Position numbers and translations under genes: made by a program. Positions 1 to 14,579 of a stretch of 64,000 nucleotides of DNA are shown piece by piece (positions within the stretch are counted from its first letter, which is position 1; each line of letters begins with the position of its first letter). This stretch comes from the human T2T-CHM13v2.0 reference genome, Homo sapiens. The stretch lies in assembly GCF_009914755.1 (NCBI RefSeq), contig NC_060937.1; one strand, written 5' to 3'. Below the pieces are notes generated by a model. That model saw only the letters and a list, made by a program, of their open reading frames with translations, did no database searches and was not told the DNA's origin.

Positions 1-90
1 ATGCCCTCCTTTTTCCTGCTGCAAAACCTTGCTATGAATGTTTGGCCTAACTGTGCCAGGTGAACAGACTCCAGTTTAGTTCAGTAATAT
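1..90 (+). mobile_element. Possible 3' end of an old ERV LTR
   Basis: Resembles LTR U5 termini ending ...cagtttagttcagtaata; family not identified. Confidence 0.3.
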
Positions 91-255
91 GGTGTGAAGG
101 AGATATTAAAATACAGTAAAAGAGTAATTCATGATTTACCTCCATTGTGATTTTTAAAAAAATAATTCCAAATTTAAATTTAACCATACAGAAAACAAAC
201 AAGTTATTTTCAGAAATAAGTTTTCAATGTTTTATCATATTTGATAGCAGCTTTT

Positions 256-261
256 TTTATT
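256..261 (-). terminator. Distal polyadenylation signal AATAAA
   Basis: tttatt on + strand at the end of the repeat-free UTR block. Confidence 0.7.
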
Positions 262-624
262 GGTTACAAAACCTAAGCCCATATACAAAATTAGGAACAC
301 ATTTAGATGCCTCTTTTGAAAGAACGTTTTAGTCTTTTTAAACTGAGTTTAAAAAAAAATAACAATGCAATTTTTAAACACTGTTTTGAAAACTTAAAAG
401 TGCAGCAATATACTTAGTTTCCTTTATCTACGAAATGGTGCAATTCCAATTCAAAACTGGTAAGGTCACAAATTGAATCAAGGAAATGCATACAAGTGTC
501 TGCACTACTTGATGCTAATGTTCACTTAAATGTTAGTTTGCACTTTAAAACATGAGAGGAAATAGGAATCATCACAGTAGAGGCCCAATTTTAATCATAA
601 TGTGTGCAAATTTTAAAAGGTAAC

Positions 625-632
625 TGTCAGTT
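625..632 (-). promoter_or_regulatory. miR-223-3p 8mer seed match (AACUGACA), distal
   Basis: tgtcagtt on + strand. Confidence 0.5.
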
Positions 633-2135
633 AAGTAAGGAAAGTCCAGAAGAAACTAAACTGGAAGGGGTACGGTTCACAATATCAAGAAGATTTGGAC
701 TTTTAAGGGTTTCACCGAAGTTTGTGACCTTAATTAGCTTTTACGTTGTTATTCCTACTTTTAGCGAACACCACACAGTTTCAAAAATTTAGACTATAGT
801 GTCCGAACAGGATGCAGTTACCATATGAAGCTTTAACTCAAAATTTGGATAAAGAAAAAAAGGCACAATGAACTTCAACTCAATTTTATGTGCACAAGAG
901 TTGAAAAATCTGAGCCACCTTAAAGAGAAATTGATTCTAAAATTTATAAAACCTATAAATAATCAGAGGCCAAACCACTATATTAAAACAGATTCTCTAG
1001 CAAGTAAAAATCTTGCAGTTTAAACATACGCTTGTATCCACTTTAGATACAAGACAAAACTCACTCTTTAAAGTGGCTCCACCTTGGCAGATACATATAT
1101 TTGTAATGAATGCACACCTGCTATGTGTTGTTTATCAGTGAAAACACCCCAGCTGATTCACAAAGCTCTGATGGCATCTGTCTCATCTTCATCACAGTAA
1201 ATACACCCCCCAATGGATAACTAAATTAGTTTAGATTTTCTATCCCTTCACATCAATGCATTGGGAAATTATACCCAGTAAACAAGAGCAACAATACCAT
1301 TTCTGTGACAGCACAAATTATTTAGTTTAAAAATTTTTAAATCCATATTCTTTCATTAATAACTGGGTCAGACAATTTACCAAAAGCAATAACTTGACAT
1401 AGTAATACCGGATTTTGCAGAATTACTTAGAGATCACTGCAAATCAGGTTTATGTTAAATAACTGCAAATTACTCCTCTACACAGATCCCTGTCTGAATC
1501 TTTTAATATGTGAAGATGCTTTTTGAGTAGGATCTGAATTAACTTTCCCAATACTCAAAGAATGAACTCTTATGACACTTCTAAATAGTTGCTGGTTTGT
1601 TGCCAACCACATTATCAAAAGCACTGGTTACTAAGTAAAAAATATTTTAAGACTAAATTACAGTAAACATGAAAGCTCCACAGTTTAAACCCAATATAAA
1701 TCAACCATATCCAATTATCAAATTAAAACAAAGAATATTAACTCCTGAAAGCTGAAAGCAAGATTTTTTTAAAAAACATCACCAATGGGTATTTTAGACT
1801 TTTGCAGTTTTTTTTTGTTTGCTTTTTGTTTTGCTGTTTTTCCTTTATACTCAGGGACTCTTGCTTTCAACTTAAACAGAAGTTCAAGTCCATAACAGGT
1901 TGCAGCTCAGGTAAAATACCATGCACAGCATTTGATTACTTCAAAACAGCAGGAACACACAGGCTGAAGAGAGTGGTCAAATAGGGCTTGCTGTTCTCAA
2001 AAATTAGGTATAATGGCAAAAGCATTAATATCCATATCTAAAGTTCTTCCTCCAACCCTGGCTTCTGAGGCAGATAATAAACACATCAATTACTGGTAGA
2101 TGAAGTAGTTTTTTTTTTTTTTTAAAACTTATCTG

Positions 2136-2141
2136 TTTATT
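2136..2141 (-). terminator. Candidate proximal polyadenylation signal AATAAA
   Basis: tttatt on +; followed 12 nt later in the transcript by a genomic A15 (2123-2109); another AATAAA at 2412-2407. Confidence 0.4.
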
Positions 2142-2179
2142 CAATAACCAAGTTTCTTGTTTTTAAGTTACTTTTTTTG

Positions 2180-2187
2180 TGTCAGTT
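2180..2187 (-). promoter_or_regulatory. miR-223-3p 8mer seed match (AACUGACA), proximal
   Basis: tgtcagtt on + strand. Confidence 0.5.
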
Positions 2188-2710
2188 CCACCAATGAAAA
2201 TCATTTGGCTTGTACTTTAAAATCTATTCTTCCACATAAAGAATATGAAAATATGTTTGTGGAGGACAATGATGGAGGCTCAGATCACATTGCACCTCTT
2301 TAGTCTTCCAACTTGTATATGCATCATACCAAAGTGTCTTGATCCACAGCGCACCATTTTCCAAAGGAGTATCAGTGGGCAGCTGACATGTCACCACTAT
2401 GGAATATTTATTCTAAACTGGAGACTGCAGTTGTCAGCCTGTGGCACCAGGGAACAGGGAAAAATAGGGTAGTTGAGATTGTTAAGGAGAGTTCTAAAAC
2501 AGTTTAGGAAATCATGCATATGCATTTACAGTCCATGTGATAGTGACTTTTGGCAACTGCAAAGTGACTGAGACATGGCTTGCTTTAGAAGCATCAAAAC
2601 AAAGAGGCATGTGTGTTTTGGAGCCTTTTGTTGCTGTTGTTCTTATCATTTGGTAGCCATCTGGTGGTGCTTCATATTGAATGTGGGAAAGATGCTGCAC
2701 TCAACTGAAT

Positions 2711-2833
<123 letters not shown>

Positions 2834-3284
2834 TTATTAGGTTATGATACTATACATTATGATGTAAGTGGAATTGACTTTTTACCTCTTAGCAAATAAT
2901 TCTATGTGAATGCTTTAACCAACTAAAAATATTCGAGTAAATCAATAATTTTATTAAGAAATTTAACAATTTAAAATTTAACACGTTTCGAAACTGCATT
3001 GTTAAGTTTCTGTATCTGGGACCTAGATTTATTTAACCTATCTGAACATATATCACTTATATAATTACTATTTCTTCCTAGTTAATAGATTAGAAATGAA
3101 ACAAGAACTGTTTTTGCAACTTTACCTTATAATGAAGTTTCAAAGTATTTAAGAGAAAGTGACTGATGGAATGTCTAATAGAAATACAGTACAAACTTAT
3201 GTCATCCTAATAATAAAAGGAAAACTCTTAGTAAATTTACATCATGTATAGGTTTTCATTTACATGAAGATACACGCTATTTTA

Positions 3285-3422
<138 letters not shown>

Positions 3423-3780
3423 TTAATTGATAAGGAGATACTAATCAAAACCATACTCATTTTAATCATGGAGAAATCCTAAGGAACTCAGAACACACTG
3501 CTCCCCCATCTAAGATAGTGGTTTGTCTAAAAAACAGACAAAACACGGGGCTGCTTCTAGTTGGAGGACCAGAATCCCACTAATTTTTTCCTTCTTAGAA
3601 GCCCTTGAGGTACCCGGATCCCTGAGGCAGACAGTCTAAAAAAACACCCAAACAATCCATTTGACAGAGGGAAGCTGTGGCATAAATATGTAAAGAGACT
3701 TATTTCAAGTTATATGGCAAGTTTGTGACAGTACTAGAACCAACTCCCCCACAGTGCTTTAATATAAATTTACTAATCTA

Positions 3781-4390
3781 TTTTTTTTTTGAGACGGAGT
3801 CTCGCTCTGTCACCCAGGCTGGAGTGCAGAGTGCAGAGGTGTGATCTCGGCTCACTGCAAGCTCCGCCTCCTGGGTTCATGCCATTCTCCCGCCTAAGCC
3901 TCCCAAGTAGCTGGGACTACAGGCGCCCGCCACCACACCCGGCTAAGTTTTTCTATTTTTAGCAGAGACGGGGTTTCACTATGTTAGCCAGGATGATCTT
4001 GATCTCCTGACCTCGTGATCTGCCCACCTCGGCCTCCCAAAGTGCTGGGATTACAGGCGTGAGCCACTGCGCCTGGGCATTTTTTCTTTCTTTCTTTTTT
4101 TTTTTTTTTTTTGAGACGGAGTCTCACTCTGTAGCCAGGGCTGGAGTGCAGTGGCACGTCTCGGCTCACTGCAACCTCCACCTCCTGGGTTCAAGTGTCT
4201 CCTGCCTCAGCCTCCCAAGTAGCTGGGATTACAGGTGCCCACCACTATGCCCAGCTAATTTTTTGTGTTTTTAGTAGAGACGGGCTTTCACCATGTTGGC
4301 CAGGCTGGTCTCGAACTCCTGACCTCGTGATTCGCCCGCCTTGGCCTCCCAAAGTGCTGGGATTACAGGAGTGAGCCACTGCACCCGGCC
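3781..4390 (-). mobile_element. Two tandem Alus (AluY-like, AluS-like)
   Basis: Two full Alu dimers with T-tracts at 3781 and ~4080. Confidence 0.95.
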
Positions 4391-5056
4391 AATCTTATTA
4401 ATCTTACTGCCTCATAAAGTAATTTGTATCTTTCTCTTTGTTTTCCAAATGTTATTACCTTTATATAACCACAAAATGAGTTTTTAGAACCTTATAATTG
4501 GTATAAAAGATATAAAGATTTAAATTTTGAAAAACTTTCTTTAAAAAATGAATAGAGGTCTTATGTCCTATAGCCACAATGAACCTGGGAGAAAATATTT
4601 CCAGAACAGATATCATAGAATGCCTTCATTTATATTTCCAATATATTTACTCCACACATCATATACATGTTTATCAATTTCACACCTTAATATTCTTCCT
4701 TGAAATGTCTTTTTGAAGGTTATTTTAAAATAGTTGCAATTTTTTCTTATATACTAATAAACCAAAAGAATGGGGGAAATCGTTGCCAAAGTGCTTTATA
4801 CAATTATAAAATATTAATATGTATCCTATTACTCCTATAGACAAAAGTAACTATATTGATAAAAAGCTGAAGAGTAGTAATTCTCTAAGTTGCTCAAACT
4901 TACTGTGTTATGAACCTGACTACAATGCTAATTTTTAATTATCTTAATAGTAAGAAGATCTGGATTTTAACTTTGCTTCTATCACAACCTACTTCTGTCA
5001 CCTTGGACAAGACTCCTTAAAATCTGTGGGATAATTTCTTCTCAAGAAACCCTCCC

Positions 5057-5354
5057 GGCTGGGTGCAGTGGCTCACGCCTGTAATCCCAGCACTTTGGGA
5101 AGCCGAGGCGGGCAGATCACCCGAGGTTGGGAGTTTAAGACCAGCCTGACCAACACGGAGAAACCCTGCCTCTACTAAAAATACAAAAATTTAGCCGGGC
5201 GTGGTGGTGCATGCCTATAATCCCAGCTACTAGGGAGGCTGAGGTAGGAGAATTGCTTAAACCCGGGAGACGGAGGTTGCGGTGAGCCATTACACTCCAG
5301 CCTGGGCAACAAGAGCGAAACTCTGTCTCAAAAAAAAAATAAATAAATAAAAAA

Positions 5355-5389
<35 letters not shown>

Positions 5390-5395
5390 ATAGAA
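5057..5395 (+). mobile_element. AluS with (AAAT)n tail
   Basis: TSD aagaaa(c/t)cctccc; small internal deletion near 5288. Confidence 0.95.
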
Positions 5396-5972
5396 AGAAA
5401 GAAATCCTCCCAGTCTGAATATTCTACGGTACTACTGCATTTGTTTTCTCTTAAAATAAATAAATAAATAAACAATAGAATATTCATATAAAGTAGTCAA
5501 TGAAATGTAAAATCTAAAACATGACATTATGATAAACTAATTTAAGGTTTAAACATGTTAGTACATATTGAACATGTACATTTAAAAACAGAATTTTAAC
5601 ATATGTTTCACATGTCATTAAAGAATAATACAGTATGTCAAATCACAATTATTTCTCATTAAAATTTCAAAGTAACTGCCACAGTAATAACTTCAGGATG
5701 TAGTTGTGGAAATCCTAAGAATCATTACAAGATTGAAACAAAATATCTAGGTGACTCAGAAGTCAGTAACCTTTTCCAACTATATGAAATAATATTTCCT
5801 AAAGTGGGGTCCACAGAATTACATGGTAATAACACACAAAAAAAGTGTTTCATTGTTAAGAAGTTTAAGAAATGCTGGATTAAATAAAGCTTTAAAATTT
5901 ATGTAGTGTTGTAAGGGCTCTTAAATTTGCTGTCATGCACTGTGACTTCAAGAGAAGTATTAGTGTTTCCTA

Positions 5973-6321
<349 letters not shown>

Positions 6322-6418
6322 TCACAACCTGATTTTGCAAAGTATGGACTACTGTCTTCTGGAAAATCCTCTTGGAATGCAAATATAGTGAATAAAGAAA
6401 AGCAACATACTGTGATCA

Positions 6419-6691
<273 letters not shown>

Positions 6692-6744
6692 CTAGACAAC
6701 AAAAGAGAAGAAATATTTTTATTTATATAATTATCTATTTCCCA

Positions 6745-6895
6745 GTAGGGTGTCGTGCTACATGGAAGGCTGAGGCAGGAGGCTATCTTGAGCCCAGGAG
6801 TTGGAGGCTGTAGTGCGTTATGGTCATGCCTGTGAATAGCAACTGCACTCTAGCCTGGGCAACATAGTGAGACTCCATCTCTTAAAATAATAATA
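6745..6895 (+). mobile_element. FAM (fossil Alu monomer)
   Basis: Diagnostic gaggctgtagtgcg...gcctgtgaatagc; TSD aattatct(a/t)ttccc-like. Confidence 0.75.
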
Positions 6896-6972
6896 ATTAT
6901 CTTTTCCCCAAAAAGAACACAATACAGTCAGCAACTACGAAACATAAGAGAGCAGCATGCTTTCCAGTATTA

Positions 6973-7280
<308 letters not shown>

Positions 7281-7611
7281 CTATAATTGAACAAAATATA
7301 GGGCACCTTTATTTGAAAAATAATACCTTTAATGTCTTTCTAATATATTTTATATAGACAATAACAAAATCACCTGAATTACGTTAAAGAGACTGCACCT
7401 AAAAAGTGATTAGGTATACAAAATCTTCCATTTTAAACAAGTTATAAGGAAATTTCCATTAATTATATTTGGGCTCCAATAACCTGGCATTTATCCATTC
7501 ATTAATATATAGGCCTACTATAAGCTAGGCATTATTCTAGGAAATGGTGATTTTATAGAAATGAACAAAACAGAAATCTTTATTCATGGAGCTTACATGT
7601 CTGTGCATTAG

Positions 7612-7954
<343 letters not shown>

Positions 7955-8870
7955 CACTATACAACTGAATTTCTAAAACTACTTAAAAACTACTTCTAAT
8001 AAAGGTGATTTCTTTTTTAATTTTAAAAAATATTTACTCACAAGATATAGTCATTCAAGTATTCCATAAAAATTAACCATCTAACTAGTCTAGCATGGGT
8101 CTATATAACATAAATATTCTAAAACTAAGGGATTTATAAGTCATAAACACGTCTGTGAGCTGTTTACAGGTTAGTATCACATGTGTATCTTCCTCTTCCA
8201 CAAATGAATTTGTTTTGCCATCCAACTGTGGTAAGTTGTTAATAATTGCTGAATCTGTGTTTAGAGTACATGGGTGTTCACTATACTATTCTTGCACATT
8301 TTTTGTAGATTTAAAAAGTTTCAAACAGAAATGCTGAGGGAAGAAAATCAAGTTGGTAACTTCTACTTCCAGGGTCCTATGATAGTCTCAAAATGCAAGT
8401 AACAAATTTTCAAGGCAAAAAATTTTTGAAGTAACTAATTGCTTGCTGAAGTTGAGATGGCATTTCTATGAAATTTTCCTCTACCCCCACGATACCCTCA
8501 CTTAAAAGCATACTACATCACAGGCCGGAACCTTTCTCTGCTGACTTCTGCCCAGCTTCCTCACTTCTCAGTTGTTTCCAATTATGGAATATATTCATTT
8601 AGCTAAAAAAAAAAAAATCACCTATATTGTTAAAAATTTCTTTAGTAAAAGTAACTGGCCCAGAGTCTGAAAGTCTCTGGCTTCTTTGTCTTCACTGGAA
8701 CAAATGTATCTATAAAATGTGTTTTTTGACACCATACTTTTCTATAAGAACCCAACAGTCAAATTATACTCAAGCAACTATACAAATATAGTTATGATGA
8801 CGAAGAAGAAATGATCAGTTCTGCTGGGTTTGGGTGATGGTAGTATATTAGGCAGATAAAACTTTAGTAA

Positions 8871-9199
<329 letters not shown>

Positions 9200-9214
9200 A
9201 ACTAAACGTAAATT

Positions 9215-9680
9215 TAAACCACAATGAGACACCACTTCACATCTACTAGGATTGTCAGTAATTTTTTTTAACAGAAAATAAACGTTGGCTAGGATGTGGA
9301 GAAATTAGAATTCTAGTAACACTGCTGGTGGGAATGTAAAACAGTGCAGCTGCAATGGAAAACGGTTTGGTGGTTCCTCAAAAAGCTAAACCCAGAATTA
9401 ACATATGATCGAGCAATTCTACTTGCAGTTATATATCCAAAGAAATTGAAAGCGGGAACTCAAATAGGTATTTGTATGCCAATGTTCACTGCAGCATTCT
9501 TCGTAATAGTGAAAAGGTGGAAACAACCGAAGTGTCCATCAACAGAAGAATGTAAAAACAAAATGTGGTGTATACATACAATGGAATATTTATTCAGCCA
9601 TAGAAAGAATAAAGTTCTGACACATGCTGCAAAATGAATGAACCTTGAAAACATGCTAGATGAAATAAGCCAGGCATGAA
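9215..9680 (+). mobile_element. L1MB-like ORF2 end / 3' region
   Basis: ORF 9344..9637 ([11 protein letters not shown]...WKQPKCPS) is the L1 ORF2 C-terminus. Confidence 0.85.
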
Positions 9681-10025
9681 GACTTATTACATACTAGTAA
9701 GTACATATTACACAATTAATAATAAACTTGTCTATGAAGCTTGAAATCTTAAAAAGAGTAATTTTTTATGATCCTTGAATTTAGGCACCTCGTCTTTGGG
9801 TCCAAACTAATTTTGCTGGGAGATCAAAATTTTTATGATCGGTTTGTTTAAAAAAATACCAGCCCATTCAAATGGCAGATTTTGTCTGCACTTTCAAGCG
9901 GCTACTAATTTAATGATTGTTGCTATGCTCAGTCTACTTAAATAGAAACACAGGTAGTCTAAAAATGTTTTTTACTCTGTGATGACCAGGGCAGCACCTA
10001 CCAGAAGCGATTAAAAGTTGGAAAA

Positions 10026-10608
<583 letters not shown>

Positions 10609-10886
10609 CTAGGGTGGGGATAAAATGTTTTCTATAAATTTATTTGCTTATAAGACTAATTCTATATTTTTCATAATCCTGAGAAAAAGTAAAAATGCAA
10701 GGCATAAATAACACTTATTTCATCCTTTCACAAAGCACCAAGCAGTCTGAGAGCTATTCTGAATTTTAAATAGTCTCTTGTGAAAAACTGAAACTTTATG
10801 AAAAAAAAAATTGTGTGAAAATTGGTTGGAAAAAGATTCAAAAAATAAAAGGAAATTAAAATTTTAGAAGAAGTCCAGTTTCTTAA

Positions 10887-11173
10887 GGCTGGGCATGGTG
10901 GCTCATGCCTATAATCCCAGCATTTTGGGAGGCCGAGGCGGGGGGGATCACCTGAGGTCAGGAGTTTAAGACCAGCCTGGGCAACATAGTGAAACTCCAT
11001 CTCTACTAGAAATACAAAAATTAGCTGGTGTGATGGTGCATGCCTGTAATCCCAGCTACTCTGAAGGCTGAGGCAGGAGAATCACTTGAACCTGAGAGGC
11101 AGAGGCTGCGGTGAGCAGAGATCGCGCCACCATACTCCAGCTTGGGCGACAGAACAAGACTCCATCTCAAAAA
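10887..11173 (+). mobile_element. AluS
   Basis: Full dimer. Confidence 0.93.
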
Positions 11174-11722
11174 TATATATAATATTTTAATAAACGCCTG
11201 GAATGGGCACACACTTCCACCTAGAAAGTCACTTTGGTAAAGCAGGATGAACAGATCTAATAAGTGCCTACCCCTAATTAGAGTGGGAGAGAGAAAGAAG
11301 AAATGCAATTAGGTTATTGCAATTATTTGGGGGAAAGATAGAATCTTGAACTAAATCTGTTGTTCTAGATAGATAAGGAGAGACAGATTTGAACCTATAT
11401 AAGAAGAATTGAAATGATTTTGTAATGGAATGGGAATTGCAAGGAGGAATCAAAATTTCTAGCTTAGGCCAGGCTGTTCACTGAAGGTAGACAAGGAAGA
11501 AGAGCAGGTTTGTGGGAGATGATCGTTTCATTTCTGTCTAGTTAACCACGGAAAGCTTGAAGGAGTTCTTAGATGATATGTATAAAGGGTCAAGAACAAT
11601 TGGCTATACAAGTGTGGAACTCAGCAAAGAAACTGGGTGAGATAAAGATTTGGAAATCAACAAAATCAGGCTCAGGGACTAGCAGAAGAAATGTGGAAGA
11701 TAAGCACTTACAGATAGAATTA

Positions 11723-11929
<207 letters not shown>

Positions 11930-12899
11930 CTACAGGAAACACAAAAGAAAAACCATTTTACATATTTGTTTGAATGCTTTACTTGTTCAACACACCTCAG
12001 GAGTAGTGACAGAAAAAGTAACCAAATTTCAAGTTTTAGCTTAGTGGCAAAAATATCTGCTTAGCTGATTAATCTATTAAGTAGAAAGTACCTTATCTTT
12101 CTTTCAGTGCCTACCTCAGATCATTCTTCACAGAAAATGAGACACAGAAGTCTGGGAAAACTTCTATTCCAACTTCTGCATTTATGTATCAGACAGATGA
12201 ATTTAAAAACAGGCAGAAAAGTAATTCTCCCTGCCCTCACAAATTAGCTACCTAATAATCCCACAGAAAAACACTATTTACAAGAATGAGGCCAACACAC
12301 CATACTGTTTCAAGTTCAGAAGAGAACAGAAAGGTCATCTATTTACTCTACTGGTTTTCCAACATATTTAGCAATACAATTTTTCAGGCTACTAAAGTAA
12401 ACCAATAAAAGAAATGACTTGGCACTTTAACTTCATCTGGGGAAAAAACTGTTTGAAAATCTCCTGAAATGTGTCCCCAACTGAAGTATAAACCTGGAGT
12501 ATAAACCATGCCCTAGGCCTATCCTAACTTTGCAACTACATAGAAGAAAACAGGCTTAGCGATCTGGTGATTCATTCAAGGTCAAAGATCTTGTATGTGG
12601 CATTGCTTGGTGTCGTCACAGAGGAATATAAGCACTGGTTGTAGCTTATGCAAAATCAAGATGTTTCCTATTAGGTCATCCAAATTGAAGACATCACATC
12701 TTTTTGCCCTAAAATAATAGCAGGCACCTGAATTCACATACCCTTCAAAAAAGGATATAGATGAATAAATAAAATAGAACTACACATATAACCCACACCC
12801 CTTCAGCATTACTAAGAGTCAGAGAACACTAAAAATTTCCATTATCTGTAAGAGGAGAAAAAATTAAATTCTAGCTTTTGTCTGGACCTCTTGCCTCAA

Positions 12900-14537
12900 G
12901 ACTGTGTAAAAGAGAGGACAGAAGCTGGGCCTAAGAGCTGAGCCCACCTACCAGCCCATTTCCCACTCTGGAAGTGAGGAGGCCTCCCCGCTGGAGGTGT
13001 CTGCAGATGCTGGGTCTGAGAACAAAGTCTGGCTACTGCCCACCCTGGCAGTAACAGTAACTAGATTTACCTAGAAACAGGGGTCTCAAAGCATAACACC
13101 AATATGTGTAGGCTACAATGGAAAATAACCCTTCATACCAAGATCCAGGAAATTCTCAAAAGAGAAAAGACAGTCAACAGATGCCAATATTGAGATGACA
13201 CACATATTGGAATTATCTGACAAGGACTTGATAAGATTTTAAAGTAACTATCATAAAAATGCACTGGTGAACAATTATGAACACATTTGAAACAAATTTA
13301 AAGTGGGAATTCTCAGCAAAAAAACCCGACATGATAGAAGGGGGAAAAAAAAATAAATGAACCCAAAGATACATCAATAGAAATCATCCAAACTGAATAA
13401 CAGAAAAAAAAAAAGATTAAACAGAAATTAACTCTCAGGAACTTCCAGCACAATAACAATAGATCTAATATTTGTGTCTTCAGAGACCCTACAAGGAAAG
13501 GCGGAGCTGAAAAAAATATGAAGAAATATGTTCCAAATTTGGCAAAATAGATAAGTCTAGAATCAGATTAAAAAATGGGAGGTTGAGGCAAGAAGAGAAA
13601 ATAGAATAAGCTCATGCATCATTGCACAGGTAAGAGACAGAAGTAAAAAAATATATCATTTAAAACTGTCAAAACAGATAGTAAGAGAGCATTAAAAAGG
13701 TGTAAGAATAAAGGTAACCACTAGAACAAAAATACAAACTTCCCCAAATACCAAAAGAAAATTGAGAAAGACAAAAGTATGCTTAGCAGAGAAAAAAAAA
13801 AACACAGGGACATTATTTCACAAAATGACAGTTCAAATCAATCTATCAACCTATGTGAATGGGCCTAACTAACCTATTAAAAAAAAAAAAAGATTTTCAA
13901 ATTGGCCCTGGCTCTCAAAACAAAACCCAATTCCACGCTGTATACAAGAGACACACATAAAACAAAGAATTTGGAAAGGCTAAAAATAAAGGGATGAGCA
14001 AAAGTATGCCAAGTAAATGATAAAAAGAAAGCTGAGGTTGTAACCCTGTTAAAAGACGACCAGTAGAATTTAATCTAAAAAGAATTACAAAGAAAAAAGG
14101 ATACTTTACAAAGTTAAATCCCACAATTTATCATGAAAATACAACAGTTATAAACATCTATTAACCAAATAGCCCTGCAATCACTGTTTTAAAGCAGAGA
14201 ATAAACACACACACACACACACACAAATATATGTAAAAACATACTAATAATAGGAGGTTTTAACATACTACTGTCATATGAGGGAAGTCAAATAGGCAAA
14301 AAATAAAGGTATAACTCTTATGAATATATATTGAACTTTATACCCTGATAATGGCAACTACAACTTGCACATGTACAAATATCATATTAGGTTCAAAGAA
14401 AACATCAATAAATTACCTAAGTCAGAAACATTATAAGCCTATCACAAGGCAAAAAACTTATACATTAATAAAATGAAAACCAAAAAGGCTTTTCTATATA
14501 GAAATTTAATAGCCTTATATTAAACAGCTCTTAGGTG

Positions 14538-14579
<42 letters not shown>

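Larger units (their letters stand above)
235..2710 (-). other. KPNA3: KPNA3 3'UTR (~2.5 kb, no recognisable repeats, AU-rich)
   Basis: Follows stop codon at 2713-2711; AATAAA on the minus strand at 261-256; exact cleavage site inferred. Confidence 0.8.
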
